Positions 17,763 through 26,343 of a stretch of DNA of 32,000 nt are shown one piece after another. Made by a program: the position numbers and the translations under genes. The stretch is from assembly GCA_028710695.1 (NCBI GenBank), contig JAQTTP010000006.1, forward strand, positions 1 to 32,000. The letters are read 5' to 3'. The DNA is from Candidatus Iainarchaeum sp. (GTDB taxonomy: Archaea > Iainarchaeota > Iainarchaeia > Iainarchaeales > 0-14-0-20-30-16). Under the pieces are notes generated by a model that ran no database searches, was not told the origin of the DNA, and was given only the letters and a program-made list of their open reading frames with translations. Each line of letters starts with the position of its first letter. The stretch's first letter is position 1.

Positions 17763-20700
17763 TCCAGAGACAAAAAAATATTTTGAAAAAATAGTAATTG
17801 ATGTGGATGCTCTGTATTCTTTGGCAACAGATGTGAGAAAATTAGGTTATGATATTAAAGATGAAGTAGAAATAAAGAGGGCAACAAACTTAGCGGAGAG
17901 GACGGAAGCAATTTTAGAGTTCCCTGGGCTTGCAAAAAGATATGATGAAATAATGGCTGTAAAAAAAGACAGATTTCCAACAATAATACAAATGTTTGAT
18001 GAAATTTTAGATGGGAAACTAGGAAGCTTTCCAACAGATGAAAAAAGATTAGAATCTGCAGTGAGGACAGCATTAACTCTGTATACAGAGGGTGTTGTTG
18101 TTGCGCCTTTGGAAGGAATTCCAGCTGTAAAAATAAGTTCTAATTCTGATTCTACAAAGTATGCGGATATTTATTATGCCGGACCAATAAGAGCAGCAGG
18201 TGGAACAGGAACGGTTTTACCAATAGTTCTTGCCTACTATGGTGGAAAAAAATTGGGGTTAGATAGATATAAAGCAACAGAATCTGAAATAGAAAGATAT
18301 GTTGAAGAATACCGAATTATTGGACGAAAATACGCAAGACAGATAAAAGTTACGGAAGATGAAATCAGGCATATTATCAGAGAATGCCCTGTTTGTATAA
18401 ATGGGGAAGCAACAGACCCTGAAGAAGTTGATGTTTATAGGAATTTAGAGAGAGTTCCAACAAATAGGCTAAGAGGCGGAGCATTCTTGGTATTAACTGA
18501 GGGTGTAACTCTTAAAGCAGCAAAATTAAAAAAACTTGCAAAGGGATTTGGGTTTGACTGGAGCTGGCTTGACAAATTTATAAAAGTAAAAGAAACAGGA
18601 AATACAACTGAAATTCTGCCTAATTATAGGTATTTGGAAGGTGCTGCCGCGGGAAGGCCTGTGTTTGCATATCCATCTAGATTTGGTGGATTTAGATTAA
18701 GATATGGAAGAACAAGAACAACTGGGCTAATGGCTAAAGCCTTGCATCCAGCAACTATGCATGTGCTTGGGGGTTATGCCGCAGTAGGCACTCAATTAAA
18801 AGTTGAAAGGCCAGGTAAAGCAACAGTTATCGGGGCTTGTGACCAAATAGAACCAGCATATGTTAAGCTTAGGGATAAATCTATTGTAAGAGCGGAATCA
18901 AAAGAATGGTACGATGCCAATGTAATGAATATTGAAAAAATCTTATTTGTGGGAGATATGCTAATTCCATATGGTGACTTTAGAAAAACTGCGCACCCCC
19001 TGATGCCGCCAGGATATTGTGAAGAGTGGTGGGCTTTAGAACTAGAAAAAGAAATAGAAAATAAAAAACTTGACAAAAAAGATTTTGATAATTTTTTAAA
19101 TAATCCCCTTAATGTAAAAGAAGAAGATGCAGTAAAGCTATCAGATAGTCTAGGAGTTCCATTACATCCAAGGTATTTGTATTTTTATACTCAATTAAAT
19201 CAAGATGATATTATTTATATCAGAAAGGCATTGCAAAAAGCAGAAAGAAAATATTCTGATGGAATCGAATTTGAGGCAGTGTTAGATTATGATGAAAAAC
19301 TTGACTTTTTATTTACAAAGATTGTAATGCCAATGAAAGTAGAAACCGAAAAAATAAAAATAAAACACGGTTTATCATTGTTTAAAACATTTGGTGTTTT
19401 TGATTTAGAAAAAGAAATACCTGTTGGTCTTGAAGCATTGGATTTATTGGGCTATTTATCTGGATTTAAAATAAAAGATAAAGCCGGATCTTTCATTGGT
19501 GCTAGAATGGGTAGGCCTGAGGCAGCAACAGAAAGAAAAATGACTGGTAGCCCGCAAGTTTTATTTCCAATTGGAAAAACAGGCGGTGCAACAAGAAATA
19601 TTAACAAAGCAGTTGATTTCAAATCACAAGAAAGTAATGGTTTGTTTGGTTCTAAAGCGGCATCGACAGTAGAAATCGCATTTTATAAATGCCCGAAATG
19701 TAGAAAAGAAACTGTGTATCCATATTGTTGGGAATGTAAAGAAAGAACGACAAGGCAATACCATTGTGGGTCTTGTGGAAAAGGTTATGACGAAAGAAAA
19801 GAAAAGTGCACATGTGGTGGAAAAATATATCACTCAAAAAGATCAAGTTTGTCTTTTGCAAGCATATTTGGAGATGCAGTAAAAAGGCTTGGTGTTGAAG
19901 CCCCTGCAATGATAAAGGGTGTAGAGGGGCTAGTTTCAATAGATAAAGTTGCGGAGCCTATAGAAAAAGGAATTCTAAGAGCAAAAAATGGAGTTTATGT
20001 TTTTAAAGACGGTGTTTGTAGAGCAGATTTATTAGATTTTAATTTAAGCCATTTTAAACCTGCAGAATTGAAAATGACAGTTGAAAAAGCAAGAGCTTTG
20101 GGGTATGAAATAGATATTTATGGCAATGAACTTAAAGATGCAAATCAGATGCTAAGGTTGTTCCCACAAGACGTTATTTTGAATACAACAGTTGGAGATT
20201 ATTTAGTAAAAGTTGCAACATTTGTAGATGATCTTTTAGAAAAATTTTATAAAAAACCAAGATTTTATCATGCAAAAGTAAAAGATGATTTGATAGGCCA
20301 ATATATTCTTGCATTAGCACCGCACATTGTTGCGGGGATTGTAGGTAGAATTATTGGATATAGTGAATCTAGAGTGATGTTTTCACACCCATATTTTAAT
20401 ACTGCAAAAAGAAGAAATACTGATGGAGACCAAGATTCAGCAATGCTGCTTTTAGATGTATTTTTGAACTTTTCAAAAGATTATCTCCCTTCTACAAGGG
20501 GTGGAAAACAAGACACGCCTCTGGTTGCTACAATTGTTTTAGATCCACAAGAAATAGATGATGAAGCCTATGAAATGGAAACTGCGTCAAAATATACTTT
20601 GGAATTTTATGAATCAGCATTAAAAAAAGCAGAACCGGGTTTGAAGTTTTTAAATATTGTTGGAAACTTTATTGGAACTGATAAACAATTTACAGAATTA

Positions 20701-21162
20701 AATTTTACACATGATACTGCCCAATATGATGCGGGTCCAAAGCAATCAAGTTATACTTTGATAAAAGATATGAAAGACAAGATTTCAAATCAACTTGATT
20801 TGCAGTATAAGATAAGTGCAGTGGACCATATGGCAGCATTAGAATTGGTATTATCAACACATTTTTTGCCAGATATTATCGGAAACGCAAGAAAATATGC
20901 TAGACAAGGTTTTAGGTGCACAAAATGCAATAAAAAATTTAGGCGTATGCCCTTATCTGGTGCTTGTGCGTGTGGCGGTAACATAAATTTAACAATTGCA
21001 CAAGGTTCTGTAAGAAAATATCTTGGGCTTGCGGATGATATTTCTAAAAGATATAAACTTACAGATTATTTAGATCAAAGAATAAAATTGATTTACAAAG
21101 AAGTTGATTCTTTATTCAATAATGAAAAAATTAAACAAAAGTCTTTAGGGGACTTTATGTGA
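17743..21162 (+). CDS. polC: D-family DNA polymerase large subunit (DP2), catalytic
   Basis: 1139 aa. Contains YYAGPIRAAGGTGTVLPI, TRTTGLMAKALHPATMHVLGGYAAVGTQLKVERPGK, FNTAKRRNTDGDQDSAMLLLDVFLNFSKDYLPSTRGGKQDTPLV (catalytic NxDGD), zinc-finger cysteine clusters, and a C-terminal PIP-like QKSLGDFM. Overlaps DP1 by 20 nt. Confidence 0.97.
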   Translation: MKLPICDPETKKYFEKIVIDVDALYSLATDVRKLGYDIKDEVEIKRATNLAERTEAILEFPGLAKRYDEIMAVKKDRFPTIIQMFDEILDGKLGSFPTDEKRLESAVRTALTLYTEGVVVAPLEGIPAVKISSNSDSTKYADIYYAGPIRAAGGTGTVLPIVLAYYGGKKLGLDRYKATESEIERYVEEYRIIGRKYARQIKVTEDEIRHIIRECPVCINGEATDPEEVDVYRNLERVPTNRLRGGAFLVLTEGVTLKAAKLKKLAKGFGFDWSWLDKFIKVKETGNTTEILPNYRYLEGAAAGRPVFAYPSRFGGFRLRYGRTRTTGLMAKALHPATMHVLGGYAAVGTQLKVERPGKATVIGACDQIEPAYVKLRDKSIVRAESKEWYDANVMNIEKILFVGDMLIPYGDFRKTAHPLMPPGYCEEWWALELEKEIENKKLDKKDFDNFLNNPLNVKEEDAVKLSDSLGVPLHPRYLYFYTQLNQDDIIYIRKALQKAERKYSDGIEFEAVLDYDEKLDFLFTKIVMPMKVETEKIKIKHGLSLFKTFGVFDLEKEIPVGLEALDLLGYLSGFKIKDKAGSFIGARMGRPEAATERKMTGSPQVLFPIGKTGGATRNINKAVDFKSQESNGLFGSKAASTVEIAFYKCPKCRKETVYPYCWECKERTTRQYHCGSCGKGYDERKEKCTCGGKIYHSKRSSLSFASIFGDAVKRLGVEAPAMIKGVEGLVSIDKVAEPIEKGILRAKNGVYVFKDGVCRADLLDFNLSHFKPAELKMTVEKARALGYEIDIYGNELKDANQMLRLFPQDVILNTTVGDYLVKVATFVDDLLEKFYKKPRFYHAKVKDDLIGQYILALAPHIVAGIVGRIIGYSESRVMFSHPYFNTAKRRNTDGDQDSAMLLLDVFLNFSKDYLPSTRGGKQDTPLVATIVLDPQEIDDEAYEMETASKYTLEFYESALKKAEPGLKFLNIVGNFIGTDKQFTELNFTHDTAQYDAGPKQSSYTLIKDMKDKISNQLDLQYKISAVDHMAALELVLSTHFLPDIIGNARKYARQGFRCTKCNKKFRRMPLSGACACGGNINLTIAQGSVRKYLGLADDISKRYKLTDYLDQRIKLIYKEVDSLFNNEKIKQKSLGDFM

Positions 21163-21214
21163 AATATAAGAGATTTATAAATATTCTTGTAGATATTATA
21201 TAGCCGGTGATGAT

Positions 21215-22159
21215 ATGAAGAACGCATTTCTAACTATTTTGATTGCTTTTATTGTGTTGATAATTGTTGTTTTTGGCCTTGTTTATTTTATGGGCCTAAA
21301 AGACGATCCAACAGTGACTACTAAAAACACAGACAATGCGAATGAAGTGCTTGTAGAAGTTTTACAAGGTGATGTTTATTATAAAAATGTAGATACAAAT
21401 AATGTTTACCTGCTTCTTGAAAAAAACAAATATCTTGGAGAAAATACTTGGATAAAAACAGATTTGAACAGCAAAGCACAACTTAACTTTGGAGAAGGAA
21501 TTTATGCTGTTTTGTCTGAAAATACAGAAGTTTTGATAAAAGAGTTTTTGGAAGAAAAAGATCTTAAAACAATTGAATTGGAACAAACCTCTGGAAGCAT
21601 TTGGCATAGAATAATGAAAATATTTGGAAGTGCGGATTATTCTGTTGAGGTTGGAGATGTAATTGCAAGTGTAAGGGGTACTGGATTCTTTACAGATATT
21701 GATAATAACAATTCTACTGTGTCAGTACACGATGGAAATGTAGAAGTATTGGCTGGAGAAAAAAGGTATTATGTGACTTCTGGATATAAAGTTCAGATTA
21801 ACAGAAATCTAAAAACCGCAACAACAGTTGTTGAAAATGTAGCTATTACTGAAATAATAAATAAAGATAAAGAAAATGACGGGTCTTTGTATAATAAGGA
21901 TGGAGTTAAAGTAACTAATCTTGGATCCGGCGGATTTATTGATGATAGTTTAGCAATTGATAATTCTATTGTTGAAAAGAAAAAAGAAGAATTAAGGCAA
22001 GAGTATTCTATACAAATTGGGGTTGCACAAAGTACATCTCCGGAAGTTACTGATAACGTAATTGATGAATATTTGGACATTGCAGTAAAAGAAGGTGCGG
22101 ATAAAGCAAAGCAAATGCTTGTAGAACAAGGTATTGATATTGGAAATTATATTAAGTAG
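21215..22159 (+). CDS. FecR-domain membrane-anchored protein
   Basis: N-terminal TM, then VEVLQGDVYYK...AQLNFGEGIYAVLSENTEVLIKE...LEQTSGSIWHRI...YSVEVGDVIASVRGTGFFTDI...VSVHDGNVEVLAGEKRYYVTSGYKVQINR. The GTxF, V.DG.V.V and G.....G patterns fit the FecR domain. Confidence 0.85.
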   Translation: MKNAFLTILIAFIVLIIVVFGLVYFMGLKDDPTVTTKNTDNANEVLVEVLQGDVYYKNVDTNNVYLLLEKNKYLGENTWIKTDLNSKAQLNFGEGIYAVLSENTEVLIKEFLEEKDLKTIELEQTSGSIWHRIMKIFGSADYSVEVGDVIASVRGTGFFTDIDNNNSTVSVHDGNVEVLAGEKRYYVTSGYKVQINRNLKTATTVVENVAITEIINKDKENDGSLYNKDGVKVTNLGSGGFIDDSLAIDNSIVEKKKEELRQEYSIQIGVAQSTSPEVTDNVIDEYLDIAVKEGADKAKQMLVEQGIDIGNYIK

Positions 22160-22237
22160 TGATTTGGATGAAAGAGCAAGAAAGCAATTTTTGAAAAAGC
22201 AAAATTGTTTCAGGTTTTTTCAAATAAGGTGTTAATT

Positions 22238-23863
22238 ATGAAAGAAAAAAGTATAGTATTTATTACTGGATTTCTAATTGCCCTAGTTATTGTGTGTGCT
22301 TTTGTTGGATTAAGATTATTTTCATATGTGGATAATCTTGTAACAGATCAATTCTACTATGTCGCGGGGAATAATGATAACATAGTTCTTGTTCTTATTG
22401 GCGATGAAACAATAGAAAAACTTGGTGCTTGGCCAATAGATAGAGAAAATTATTCTAAATTTTTGGATAAAGTTGATGCAAAAATAATTGGTATTGATAT
22501 TTCTTTTTTTGACCAAACTGCAAAAGACAATTTGATAAAAACATCTATGAAAGACAAAAATATTGTGCTCGCATCAGAGCTTAGCCCTGATATGAAAACA
22601 GAAACTGTGCCAATATTTGGAACAAATTATGGGTATGTAAATGTTCCTGTTGAAAAAGATGGAGTAAGTAGAAAAGTACTTGATCTTAAATACACAAGCT
22701 TTGCAAAAAAGATTTGCGAATTATATACAAACGATTTGTGCAAAGAGAATGGATCTTATTTGAATTTTTCTTATAAACAAAATAATTTTAAAACCTATAA
22801 ATTTGAAGATATCGCTTTGTCTAATAAAAGTTATGATTTTGGAAATAAAATTGTGTTATTGGGTTCAAATGTAAAAAATCTTCATGATTATGTTAATACC
22901 CCTTTACAAAAAGAAATGCAGGGTGTAGTTTATCAAGCAAATTATATTGAGAGTTATCTGCAGAAAAACTTTTTGAATAATTATTTTTATCTTGTATTTT
23001 TATTTAGTGTATTTTTAGTTATAATTACTTTTTTAGTTGGTTATTTTATTGGGCCTAAATTGTCAATAATTTTGATTGTTTGTCTTTTATTATTGTGTTT
23101 TGTGTTATCTCTTGTACTGTTTGAATATCTTCTAGTATTTAGTTTATTTTATCCTCTGGTTTCTGTAATAATATCTGGAGTTGCATTCTATCTGACAGAT
23201 TATCAATTTAGAGGCATAGAAAAAAGAGGAATTACAAATTTGTTTAGTAAATATGTTTCAAAAAATGTTGTTAGTCATATGTTAAAGGATCCAAAAAAAT
23301 ATACAGATTATAATTCTGAAAGAAAAAGAGTTACAATATTATTTGGAGATATTAGGGGCTTTACAAAAATGTCTTCTAAGATGGACTCGGAAGATGTAAT
23401 GCACACATTAAATGCCTATCTTAACGAAATGACGGAAATTATTTTTAAACATGGTGGAACAGTAGACAAATATGTTGGTGATGAAATAATGGCTGTGTTT
23501 AATTCTCCAACCGATGTTAAAGACCATGAAAGAAAAGCATTTGAATGTGCAAAAGAAATGTTGGCACATGTTGCAAAAGTAAATAAAAAAACAGGAAAGA
23601 AATTAAATTACGGCATTGGAATAAATTCAGGATATGTTGTTGCAGGAAGCTTTGGTTCTAAGCACCGTTTGGAATATGGTGTGTTAGGAGACACAGTAAA
23701 TTTAGCATCTCGTTTTTGTAGTGTTGCCCAAGGTAATGAAATTGTAATGGGTATAGGTACATATGATAGTCTGAAACTAACTGATAGGCTTGGACTTGAA
23801 AAAAAAGAATATGACCTAAAAGGAAAAGGCTACACAACCGCATATGTTTTCAAGAAAAAGTGA
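22238..23863 (+). CDS. CHASE2-domain class III adenylate/guanylate cyclase
   Basis: N-terminal TM, then a CHASE2-type extracellular region (QFYYVAGNNDNIVLVLIGDETIEKLGAWPIDRENYSKFLDKVDAKIIGIDISFFD). Three C-terminal TMs are followed by a cyclase domain with ILFGDIRGFTKMSSKMD, GGTVDKYVGDEIMAVFNSP, INSGYVVAGSFGSKHRLEYGVLGDTVNLASRF. The start is refined to the internal ATG. Confidence 0.93.
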   Translation: MKEKSIVFITGFLIALVIVCAFVGLRLFSYVDNLVTDQFYYVAGNNDNIVLVLIGDETIEKLGAWPIDRENYSKFLDKVDAKIIGIDISFFDQTAKDNLIKTSMKDKNIVLASELSPDMKTETVPIFGTNYGYVNVPVEKDGVSRKVLDLKYTSFAKKICELYTNDLCKENGSYLNFSYKQNNFKTYKFEDIALSNKSYDFGNKIVLLGSNVKNLHDYVNTPLQKEMQGVVYQANYIESYLQKNFLNNYFYLVFLFSVFLVIITFLVGYFIGPKLSIILIVCLLLLCFVLSLVLFEYLLVFSLFYPLVSVIISGVAFYLTDYQFRGIEKRGITNLFSKYVSKNVVSHMLKDPKKYTDYNSERKRVTILFGDIRGFTKMSSKMDSEDVMHTLNAYLNEMTEIIFKHGGTVDKYVGDEIMAVFNSPTDVKDHERKAFECAKEMLAHVAKVNKKTGKKLNYGIGINSGYVVAGSFGSKHRLEYGVLGDTVNLASRFCSVAQGNEIVMGIGTYDSLKLTDRLGLEKKEYDLKGKGYTTAYVFKKK

Positions 23864-23869
23864 GTTTAA

Positions 23870-24511
23870 ATGTTAACAAAAAAAATTGAAGAACTTAAAA
23901 AAAGTAAAATATCAAAATTAATTGCTGGCAGAATAAAAGAATTTAAAACAAAAAAATCAAGCGAGGAAATATTTTCTGAGCTCTGTTTTTGTTTAATGAC
24001 TGCAAACTTTAATGCTGAACGTTCGATAAAAATTCAAGAGCAAATAGGGGCAAAAGGATTTCTAAATCTTCCAGAACAAAAGCTTGCTACAAAATTAAAA
24101 GAGTTGGGTCACAGGTTCCCAAATACAAGAGCGAAATATATTGTTGAAGCCCGGGGGCATATAGGAGAAATTGTAAAGCAAGTAGGGCAAGGGCAGCATC
24201 AGTTAAGAGTTGACCATTTACAAAATATTAGGGCTTGGCTTGTAAAGAATGTAAAAGGCCTTGGCTTAAAAGAATCAAGTCATTTCTTGCGGAATATTGG
24301 ATTTGATGACTTTGCAATAATAGATTTCCATATTGTTGACTTGTTGGTAAAAGAAAAGCTAGTAAGTAAAATTAAATCCGGTGCGCTTACAAAAATGAAG
24401 TACTTAGAAATTGAACAAATCCTACTTGGTATTGGCAAAAAAGTAAATCTTAATTTGGCAGAACTTGATTTATATTTATGGTACTTAGAAACAGGAAAGA
24501 TACTGAAATAA
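23870..24511 (+). CDS. N-glycosylase/DNA lyase, archaeal Ogg2-type 8-oxoguanine DNA glycosylase
   Basis: HhH-type glycosylase core KGLGLKESSHFLRNIGFDDFAIIDFHIVDLL (catalytic K in the HhH region and D downstream) plus LCFCLMTANFNAERS, typical of Ogg2. Confidence 0.88.
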   Translation: MLTKKIEELKKSKISKLIAGRIKEFKTKKSSEEIFSELCFCLMTANFNAERSIKIQEQIGAKGFLNLPEQKLATKLKELGHRFPNTRAKYIVEARGHIGEIVKQVGQGQHQLRVDHLQNIRAWLVKNVKGLGLKESSHFLRNIGFDDFAIIDFHIVDLLVKEKLVSKIKSGALTKMKYLEIEQILLGIGKKVNLNLAELDLYLWYLETGKILK

Positions 24512-24552
24512 AATATTATTTATAATCTTAAAAAATTAGACCCTAAAAAAGG

Positions 24553-24576
24553 GTTAGGGAAAAATATTCCCTTAAC
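24553..24576. terminator. Inverted repeat between convergent genes, possible terminator
   Basis: GTTAGGGA-AAAATAT-TCCCTTAAC (one bulged base), located between the 3' ends of the converging Ogg2-like and 54-aa genes. Confidence 0.35.
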
Positions 24577-24595
24577 TTTGTTTATTTTATACTAC

Positions 24596-24760
24596 TTATT
24601 TCTTCTTTAACATTGGTAATCCAGTTCTCTTATTCTCAACTACCTTGTATCCGCTTGGCAATTCAATTGAGCCCTTTGGATCCTTTGAAAAGTAGAACAA
24701 TCTTCCTTTTTGGTGTAGGTGGTATGTTAAACCCTTGCTATTCTTATAACTAAATCCCAT
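24596..24760 (-). CDS. Small conserved-looking 54-aa protein
   Basis: Not in the supplied ORF track. Translation: MGFSYKNSKGLTYHLHQKGRLFYFSKDPKGSIELPSGYKVVENKRTGLPMLKKK. A GGAGG Shine-Dalgarno sits about 9 nt upstream of ATG on the minus strand. Confidence 0.85.
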   Translation of the reverse strand: MGFSYKNSKGLTYHLHQKGRLFYFSKDPKGSIELPSGYKVVENKRTGLPMLKKK

Positions 24761-24772
24761 TCAGAATTCCTC

Positions 24773-24786
24773 CGTAAATGTTTACG
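24773..24786. promoter_or_regulatory. Palindrome CGTAAATGTTTACG in the divergent 54-aa protein/cysS spacer
   Basis: Perfect 6-bp arms CGTAAA/TTTACG separated by 2 nt. Confidence 0.35.
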
Positions 24787-24850
24787 TATAAATTACTTCG
24801 TATTCCTTAATAAACTTATCGCTTTTTTTATTCATAGTTGCGAAGGAAAA

Positions 24851-26248
24851 GTGGTATTTTTGAAAATATATAACTCCCTAACGAAAAAATTAATGGGATT
24901 TAGAGCCAAAAAAGACGTAAATATGTATGTCTGCGGGCCAACAGTTTACAATTATGCACATATTGGCAATATGCGAACTTATATTTTTGGAGATTTAATC
25001 GCCAGATTCTTAGAATACAAGGGCTATAAAGTAAAATATGTAAGAAATTACACTGATGTTGATGATAAAACAATCAAAGGATCAATAGAAAACGGAAAAA
25101 GCTTGGAAGATTTTACTAATTTTTATATTAGAGAATTTGAAAAAGACTGCTCTACTCTGAATTTGAATGAACCTGATGTTAAGCCAAGACCAACAAGACT
25201 AATAAAAGAAATTGTTGAATTTATTGAAGGCCTAATAAAAGATGGATATGCCTACAAAGCAAAAGATGGTTCTACTTATTTTGATATCTCTAAATTTGTG
25301 CACTATGGAAAACTAAATAACATAAAACAAAAGGAATTGAAAAAAGGCGCAAGCGAGCGTGTGAATTTAGATGAATATGAAAAGGACAACGCATCTGACT
25401 TTGTATTATGGAAAGCTTGGAAAGAAGAAGATGGAAAGGTTTATTGGAATACAAGTTTGGGCAAAGGAAGACCGGGCTGGCATATAGAATGTTCTGTAAT
25501 GTGTCATAAGTATTTAGGAAAAACCATTGATATTCATTGTGGTGGAGAAGATCTGAAATTCCCGCACCATGAAAACGAAATCGCACAAAGCGAAGCACAT
25601 AATAATGCAAGATTTGTTAATTATTGGATACACTTTGGGATGCTAACAGTTGATGGAAAAAAAATGTCAAAGAGATATGGAAATATTTACACTATTAGAG
25701 AAATTTTAGAAAAAGGGTACAATCCAATAGCTTTGAAATTATATTATTTCATGTCAAATTATCGGTCAGCAATGGACTTCTCTTTTGAAGAATTAAAAGA
25801 AACTGAATTGAAGTTAAATGGATTCAACAAAACAATAAAAAGGCTTGTTGGATATCATGGTCCGAAAGTAGATCTTGGAGAATACAAAAAGAAAATAAAA
25901 GGTTATTTGAAAGATATTGAAAAAGCAATGGATAATGATTTTAATACTAGGCTTGCAATGACTTACTTATTAGATATGTTTAGTTATATAAACTTAAATA
26001 TAACAGAAGGAAACTTGTCGACTGGGAATATTAAGTTTACTTTGCAAATGTTGAAAGTTTTAGATGTAGTGTTTGGAATCTTTAAGTTCCCTGAAGCACC
26101 GGCAACAATAATATTTGACAAGGTAAAAAAGAGACAAGCATATAGGGCAAAGAAAGATTATGCAATGGCAGACAAGATGAGAGATCAGCTAAAGGATTAC
26201 ATGGTCGAGGACCACAAGAATGGCGCTTTCTCTGTGTATAAAAACTAA
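24851..26248 (+). CDS. cysS: Cysteinyl-tRNA synthetase
   Basis: MYVCGPTVYNYAHIGNMRTYIFGD, RNYTDVDDK, WHIECSVM, DIHCGGEDLKFPHHENEIAQSE, KKMSKRYGNIYTI. Zn ligands and HIGH/KMSKS-like motifs present; GTG start. Confidence 0.97.
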   Translation: MVFLKIYNSLTKKLMGFRAKKDVNMYVCGPTVYNYAHIGNMRTYIFGDLIARFLEYKGYKVKYVRNYTDVDDKTIKGSIENGKSLEDFTNFYIREFEKDCSTLNLNEPDVKPRPTRLIKEIVEFIEGLIKDGYAYKAKDGSTYFDISKFVHYGKLNNIKQKELKKGASERVNLDEYEKDNASDFVLWKAWKEEDGKVYWNTSLGKGRPGWHIECSVMCHKYLGKTIDIHCGGEDLKFPHHENEIAQSEAHNNARFVNYWIHFGMLTVDGKKMSKRYGNIYTIREILEKGYNPIALKLYYFMSNYRSAMDFSFEELKETELKLNGFNKTIKRLVGYHGPKVDLGEYKKKIKGYLKDIEKAMDNDFNTRLAMTYLLDMFSYINLNITEGNLSTGNIKFTLQMLKVLDVVFGIFKFPEAPATIIFDKVKKRQAYRAKKDYAMADKMRDQLKDYMVEDHKNGAFSVYKN

Positions 26249-26343
26249 ACAAAAAGCCTAAACGCGTACTATTTATAAATAGTTTTTTTCTAGTATATTA
26301 TTAGTAAATTCTTTTTTTAGTGGTTAATCTTTTGGGTGATATC

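Noticed and set aside
17855-20984. Several 64-95 aa minus-strand ORFs across the PolD large subunit
   Set aside because: All lie within the 1139-aa DP2 coding region and have Leu/Phe/Ser-rich shadow composition.
18700-21162. Possible intein in the PolD large subunit
   Set aside because: The conserved blocks run continuously and no splicing-domain motifs (such as C-terminal HN) interrupt the catalytic region.
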